Part shown: positions 50,413 to 55,831 of the stretch, piece after piece
How positions within the stretch are numbered: the first letter of the stretch is position 1
How the letters are laid out: each line of letters begins with the position of its first letter
Notes under the pieces: generated by a model
What the model saw: only the letters and a program-made list of their open reading frames with translations
What the model was told of the DNA's origin: nothing
Database searches by the model: none
Position numbers and translations under genes: made by a program
Source of the DNA: Phoronis australis
Lineage: Eukaryota > Animalia > Phoronida
Direction of reading: 5' to 3'
Assembly: GCA_002633005.1 (NCBI GenBank)
Contig: NMRA01000255.1
Coordinates: forward strand, 1-55,831
DNA length: 55,831 nucleotides

Positions 50413-53400
50413 AAGCGTAGTCTCCTACATAGACGCACGAGTATCCGTGACGTCATCTTGTGAGGCCCGGGAACCATGTTATGAACAAGCGCAGTAGAGA
50501 TGATCCTTTCCGCTTTGCTCCAGTTTCGCGTTTAGACGTATAATTGACACGGCGCAAGATGTTCGGGCGCAAATTGCTCTATCTCACAAACGGGTGGGAA
50601 AAATTTGTCACCGCGGTGTCAATTTGCTCCGTGTCAGTCCGTTTACACACTGGAACAACTTGTTCGGTGTCAGCTGATCCGTGTCAACTAAGTAAGTGTA
50701 AACGGCACTTTACTGTTGATAACGCTTCATCAATCATTCGCCGGGTGTCGCTGCCAGACACGCAAATCATCACAGGAAATGTTTTAGAGTTCGCTGTAGG
50801 AATCAGTGGTGCCTACTGGCACGCGACACGTTATTGAATAAGCCAAACTACTTCGTCTAGTTGCCGGTATAATATTGGAGAACGCAATGTTGATTATGTA
50901 ATCTTTTTGCTGGAATAGTATCAGGAGAACAAAATTAGCCTGATTGTACTATGTCCAACCTTGAAAGATGACGGTTTCTCCTAACCCGATGTATGAAGGA
51001 AAGTTTACACTAAAACCCATTGCAGGGTTAACATATTGGTAACTTTAGTATACTGGATGTTTCTAGGCTCAGAACACTTTTTCGAGACCGCGATTTACTG
51101 CTATTTAGAGCACATAGCAAGCAAGAATTGGTTGGCCATCGGTCCGAAGGGCTGATAATCTGAGGTGGAATTCCCTTTAGCAATATTTCGAAGGGCATAT
51201 AGCGAGAAGGCTCAATATTGCTGAGAGCAGCGACTGTTTGCAATTGGTTTACTTATTCATCGTGACCATGTTTCATACTTTCGTGAGTTTGTAGTTTTTG
51301 GCTTTACATGTATTTCCAGCCAACAGGTGTCAATAAGAAATGACTGATCCCACAAATCTCAGAGTACTTTGGCATGCGCATGCATCAGGGCTGCATTCCG
51401 TTGCAAAATACAAGATCACGCAAGTCTTTGTGAGACATAGTCAAGCATTAAGACCGAAGCACGTGATCACATAAGTTTTTCTCGCGAGTGTCGTGTATCT
51501 ACAAAACGCATTCTCGGTTCCGCTATTCGCTTGAAGATCAAATGCATCCCCATTAAAAATTAACCTTTGATTCAGACCGCTTATCACTATTTATCACCTT
51601 TAGTCTTTTAACTGATCTAAATCAGACGTTTTGGAAAATGTTAAAACATTTGAAGCTTATTGGGAAATAGCCCTGATGTACACCAATCTAGTACCATGTG
51701 GACTTAAGCTGAAGTTTCATATTCATGTGCTTTGATCAAACATCAATCGTTTTTTAACTATTCCTCAGCTTGCGCAAATATACTAAAATATAAATCGGCC
51801 ATAATTAAAAGTTGTTACTGTGACTACAGTTCATCAAATGGAATTAATTTGGTATATAAACTGACTATATACCAGTATATAACATTCGATCTGTCTACAT
51901 TCTACGGCCTTTCTATCGAGATACTAGCTCGGAGGTTTCTGCATTTGACTGGAAATCAAGATATAATTTCTTGACATTCTTGCGGTAGGTAAAGTTGCCA
52001 TCTACTTTTTGTTCACCAAAGCAAATCAATTTGAAATAGGTTACTGCCACTCACAGAGGGGAACGCCAAGTTAAAAATAATGCGGATAAAAATTATGAGG
52101 GTTAAACTTATAGTACGAACAGGGATAAAATGAGGTTGGGGCGAATCGGTGTGTTGCGTTAAAACCTTTCAGACTATAAGCCTATAAGACTATTGACCCT
52201 TCCTACTGTAGAACTACAAAATTTTGCAGTGACAGTGTGTTTGCTTTTTTAAATTGAGTCGGTGGTGCAGGGTTTCTTTATGTGGTTACATTTCAGACAA
52301 GAAAATCCACCTGAGACGAACAGAACTGCCCTTGTGGAACTTCTTTCCTCAAGTCATGTTTATGCAGGTCCATGACATTTTCATGGTCAAACAGTGTGAT
52401 TTGGGTATTGCCACGGAGGAGAGGAGTTGGACTGTTACCCGCCTGATTCATGCAGAAAATGAAAATTTTAATAAGTTAAAATTCGGCATGGCTGCTTCTA
52501 ATGATAAATTACGGGGATCAGAAAAAGAATGAACAGCGTAAAAAAGAAATCAATGTAAATCAAAACAAATTATTGATGAGAACTTTTCAAATGGAGAATG
52601 TGAAATTTTCAAACTGCCCGAAAAAACACACCATCTGTTTTCGTACAGCATCAAAACACACATACTAAACTACAAATTATGGGAGACTGAACAAAAAATC
52701 CAAAAATCGAAAGGTATAGGATGGCATAAAAGTTTTGGAAAATGCTAAAACCAAAGACGTCAGTTTGTGCGAATTCACACTGAAGCCAAAAGTTGTCGCA
52801 ACTAAACGCTTGAAACATTTTGTGCTTCGAGGGCCTGAAAAAATTTCATCTTGAGACTTACGACAATTTGTTCAGGGAAGACTGTTTGTGATCCAACAGA
52901 GTGCCGTCAACATGCATATCCACATCAAATTCTAATTAAAAGCCACACATTTCAACTGTGTACCACCTTGAACCGACGAGGAAATATCATTTTAAGTTTG
53001 GTCTGCACGCCACCTGTTGGGCACATCACGTGACCAAATAAACATAAATCTGAAAAGCTTTTTGCCTCCGTGAATTATGTTCATTTGCTGTACGCGAACT
53101 TGGAATCCTGCTTAATCTCAAGATCACTTGGAACTGAATATTTATTTGGGCAATCAGGGGAATTTTTTATTCAGTGTAAAAGTTTTTTTGTTATTATTGG
53201 CTTAATGATTACCCATTTTCTCCATGTGTCAAAGAATCGAAGGAACATGTGAATTGTTAAATCAATTATTCTTTGGTGAATTAGATCGCCAATAGTTGAA
53301 AAAGGGTTGGTTAAAATTTACATTATTTTATCAAAATGTAATTTGATTTAGTGCAGTGCAAATCAAATCTCCTTATTTATAGTCAGTTTGACAAAATAGA

Positions 53401-53870
53401 CAAACACTACCAAAAGGCTAATATCACTGACCGTAGATAATAACATAAAACGTAAATAATAAATTAATGAAAAACCAAACACATGACAAAATGATAAAAC
53501 ACATATTGACGAAATATCACGAAAGTATGGCACACACGCATACACACACGCACACATATACACCAGATAACTGCATACACTGGTGGTTCTGTCCAAGATT
53601 TAATAAAACTCTTAAAAATTTATAATCCATGACTCATTGGGAAGAGAGTTCCAAAGTTTTGCGCCGTACACTGACAAAGAGTTTAAACGTTGGCGAAAGA
53701 TTTCAAGTTCACGCTCAGCACATTAGCTCACGTGATGACCAACAGGTGGCGCGCGGACCAAACCTAAAAAGTTTGGTACCACCTCCTTCATTGTTTAACA
53801 CTTACATCATTGTAAAGTTCTGTGACAGACAGAACATGGTGACTATTTAATTTTTACATCACTTGCAGAC

Positions 53871-53955
53871 ATGAAAACGACAATTTGCCTCGTGACCATG
53901 CTGTTCTTGTTAGGGATTCAGTTTCTGCACGCGTCGACACTGAACTCGGAAAGAG
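53871..53955 (+). CDS. Defensin-like precursor, signal-peptide exon
   Basis: acttgcag|ac ATG: MKTTICLVTMLFLLGIQFLHASTLNSER G|gtaagc. It has a basic N-terminus, a hydrophobic core and an L-H-A cleavage-like site. The phase-1 donor fits the next exon. Confidence 0.8.
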
Positions 53956-54589
53956 GTAAGCTGTTCGTTACCTAAGCTATGAGTTTTCGTAAACAAGTTT
54001 TTATGGGTGATTAGAACGTATTCACTGTTCACGAATGAATGTCTTTTTCGTTCGCAAAATTATGAAATGAATGTCAGTTTGTCCATACGGAAATTTCAAT
54101 CAGAGAGCACACTTACATAGATTTACCTAGACATGCAACAACTTGCACTGGTGCAACTTGCTCTGCGCTGGTCACACTAGTTAATTCAAATTGCGTCCAC
54201 ACAGCCCTCAAGCTAGTGCAACTTGCTTTGCTTGTCACACTAGTTTAAATAGCGTCCACACAGCCCTCACACCTAGCGATAACTCGTTCCAGGACTGAGT
54301 GAATTGTCTGTGTGGACGGTAGGCCTACTGTAATGGGTCAAAGAGTGGACACAGTTGGTCAAAATCAAAAAATAGATAAATGGACATAATGGGTGAAACA
54401 ACGTGCCGTCGGATTTTCAGATACAGAGCCCCGTTTTTAGGGTCACTACTCAAGTTCGCATCGTGATTGAAGGTGTACGCTTGTCCTAGTCAAAGTCACT
54501 GGTTCTTGGGTCAGTAATTCGTACTCATTTGAATGCATTCAACCCAAGATCAGTGCTTCATACATTTCACATTCAAGCTTGCTTTGCAG

Positions 54590-54828
54590 ACGATGTATCA
54601 AGTGAATCGCGCCGTTGGTTTGCAGAGTTGGAAAGAAGTCGTCGAGCACGCATGACTTGTGATAATAACGAATCGTGCAGGCAGTGGTGCATAAACCAAG
54701 GACGTGCTAGTGGGCGCTGCTATAAAGCCAAGTGTTACTGCAGAGGGTGTGTAATCAAATTCTATACCCGGTATTTTAACTGCAATTCATTTCTTCTTCT
54801 ATGTTCTTTACCTGCCGCTTTTCCGTGA
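54590..54828 (+). CDS. Defensin-like precursor, propeptide plus CS-alpha/beta mature domain (3' end uncertain: read-through to 54828 or splicing at 54746)
   Basis: ctttgcag|(D)DVSSESRRWFAELERSRR-ARMTCDNNESCRQWCINQGRASGRCYKAKCYCRG. Spacing is C-x5-C-x3-C-x7-GxC-x4-C-x-C after a furin-type RSRR site. Confidence 0.8.
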
Positions 54829-55831
54829 AACCGAAAATTATGTTTTTTTAAATCTACCAAACAGGATTTTGATATAATGTATTTAAAAAGCTGGTTTCCG
54901 AGGCATGATGACATTGGCTTCAACCTTCATTTAGAACTGAGAAACGTCCTGTGACTGAACTTAGACCAGTCACGTTTTTGTTGGGTCTGTCAGCCCTAGG
55001 ATTTTGTGAAGTGTTACAGTGTTGTACTCGTAAATGCTCTAGGCGTTTTTGGTAGCGTTATGTTGTTGAGACCAGTGGCTTAGTTATTTGTCGCTCTGTT
55101 TTGAAATAAAGTTTGTTTGTTTGCTTGTTGTGTTGTGTTGGCACGACTGCAGACTACATTTTTGGATGATTGATATAAAATTTACATACGACGGACATGA
55201 AAGTTACCAAGAGGTTGAAGCCAAATGTTTGTGATCTAAATGGGAAACAGAATGATATCGTGGAGGACATTTCTTGTTTTCAAGGTTCTCGAAACCAAAC
55301 CTCAGACTCTTTCTGAAAACCAGTGTATGAACTAAGGAATATTAGAAGTTTACTCGGCCCGGGTGATGCCTACGTCGGGCACGACAGTTGTAGGGGCGTT
55401 TTTTAGGCTCACAACAGTCGTCTCTGAGTTCAATGGTAACATGATCGTTCGTGTGTTACATACCTAATATTTGTTTATTTTAAAAGATTCTTATGGTTAA
55501 ATGACCACATTATCTGTAAAACGCGTTTTGTGGATTTAACTACTGTATCTCACATCGTTGAGCAGTGGAGTGGGATCAGCATCAGTCAGATACTCACACT
55601 GATGAATCACGTGGCTTCAAGATTACTCCGGTATGGATGTTACAATTTGTGTTATTGGTTCTTGGTTACATTTTCAAAATTACATAGGTGGATTTAGAGG
55701 GGGGGGGGACCCAGGGGGCCCACCCCCCCTTGGCTGCCGCAAGGAAAGTGAAACAGCAATAGCGTAAAGCTTGAACGGGAAATGTTGAGTGAGTAACCAG
55801 GATCGGTAGCGGAGAAGTGGGGGGGGGGGGG

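Larger units (their letters stand above)
47917..55123 (+). repeat. Segmental duplication, copy B
   Basis: Colinear with 35976-42383; extra sequence at about 49517-50487 and about 51472-52017. Confidence 0.95.

Noticed and set aside
54905-54960. C/D-box snoRNA or SECIS (ATGATGA...CTGA) downstream of the defensin TGA
   Set aside because: The CTGA boxes are not kept in copy A, there is no terminal stem, and the 3' GA quartet and helix of a SECIS cannot be formed.

Overview
This is animal (invertebrate) genomic DNA with spliceosomal introns and two assembly gaps. A marine lophotrochozoan such as a mollusc is likely, but that is inference only. Most entries in the supplied ORF track are spurious or single exons. 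Gene models were built by hand from GT-AG junctions. (1) SF3A3 (Prp9) is complete on the minus strand: 15 exons, 11472-30747, 502 aa. (2) A gustatory-receptor-like (7tm_7/7TMIC) gene is intact on the minus strand: 3 exons, 44620-48301, 421 aa, with the TM7 motif TYFLVLVQF. (3) A small secreted CS-alpha/beta defensin-like precursor lies on the plus strand, with a signal exon at 53871-53955 and a pro/mature exon from 54590. The ORF track does not show its signal exon. The receptor 5' end and the defensin gene are divergently arranged in a block that exists twice (35976-42383 and 47917-55123). Both genes are disabled in the left copy. The rest is transposon-rich: DINE-1/Helentron-like elements whose tandem units carry CTCF-like motifs, a probable solo LTR with clustered heat-shock elements, Kolobok-, hAT- and Sola-like non-autonomous elements, a 9-bp-TSD element, and an L2/CR1-type LINE 3' end. 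An old decayed duplication with possible Ig-domain relics lies at 1.2-7.6 kb. No database searches were run, so family assignments rest on recognised motifs.
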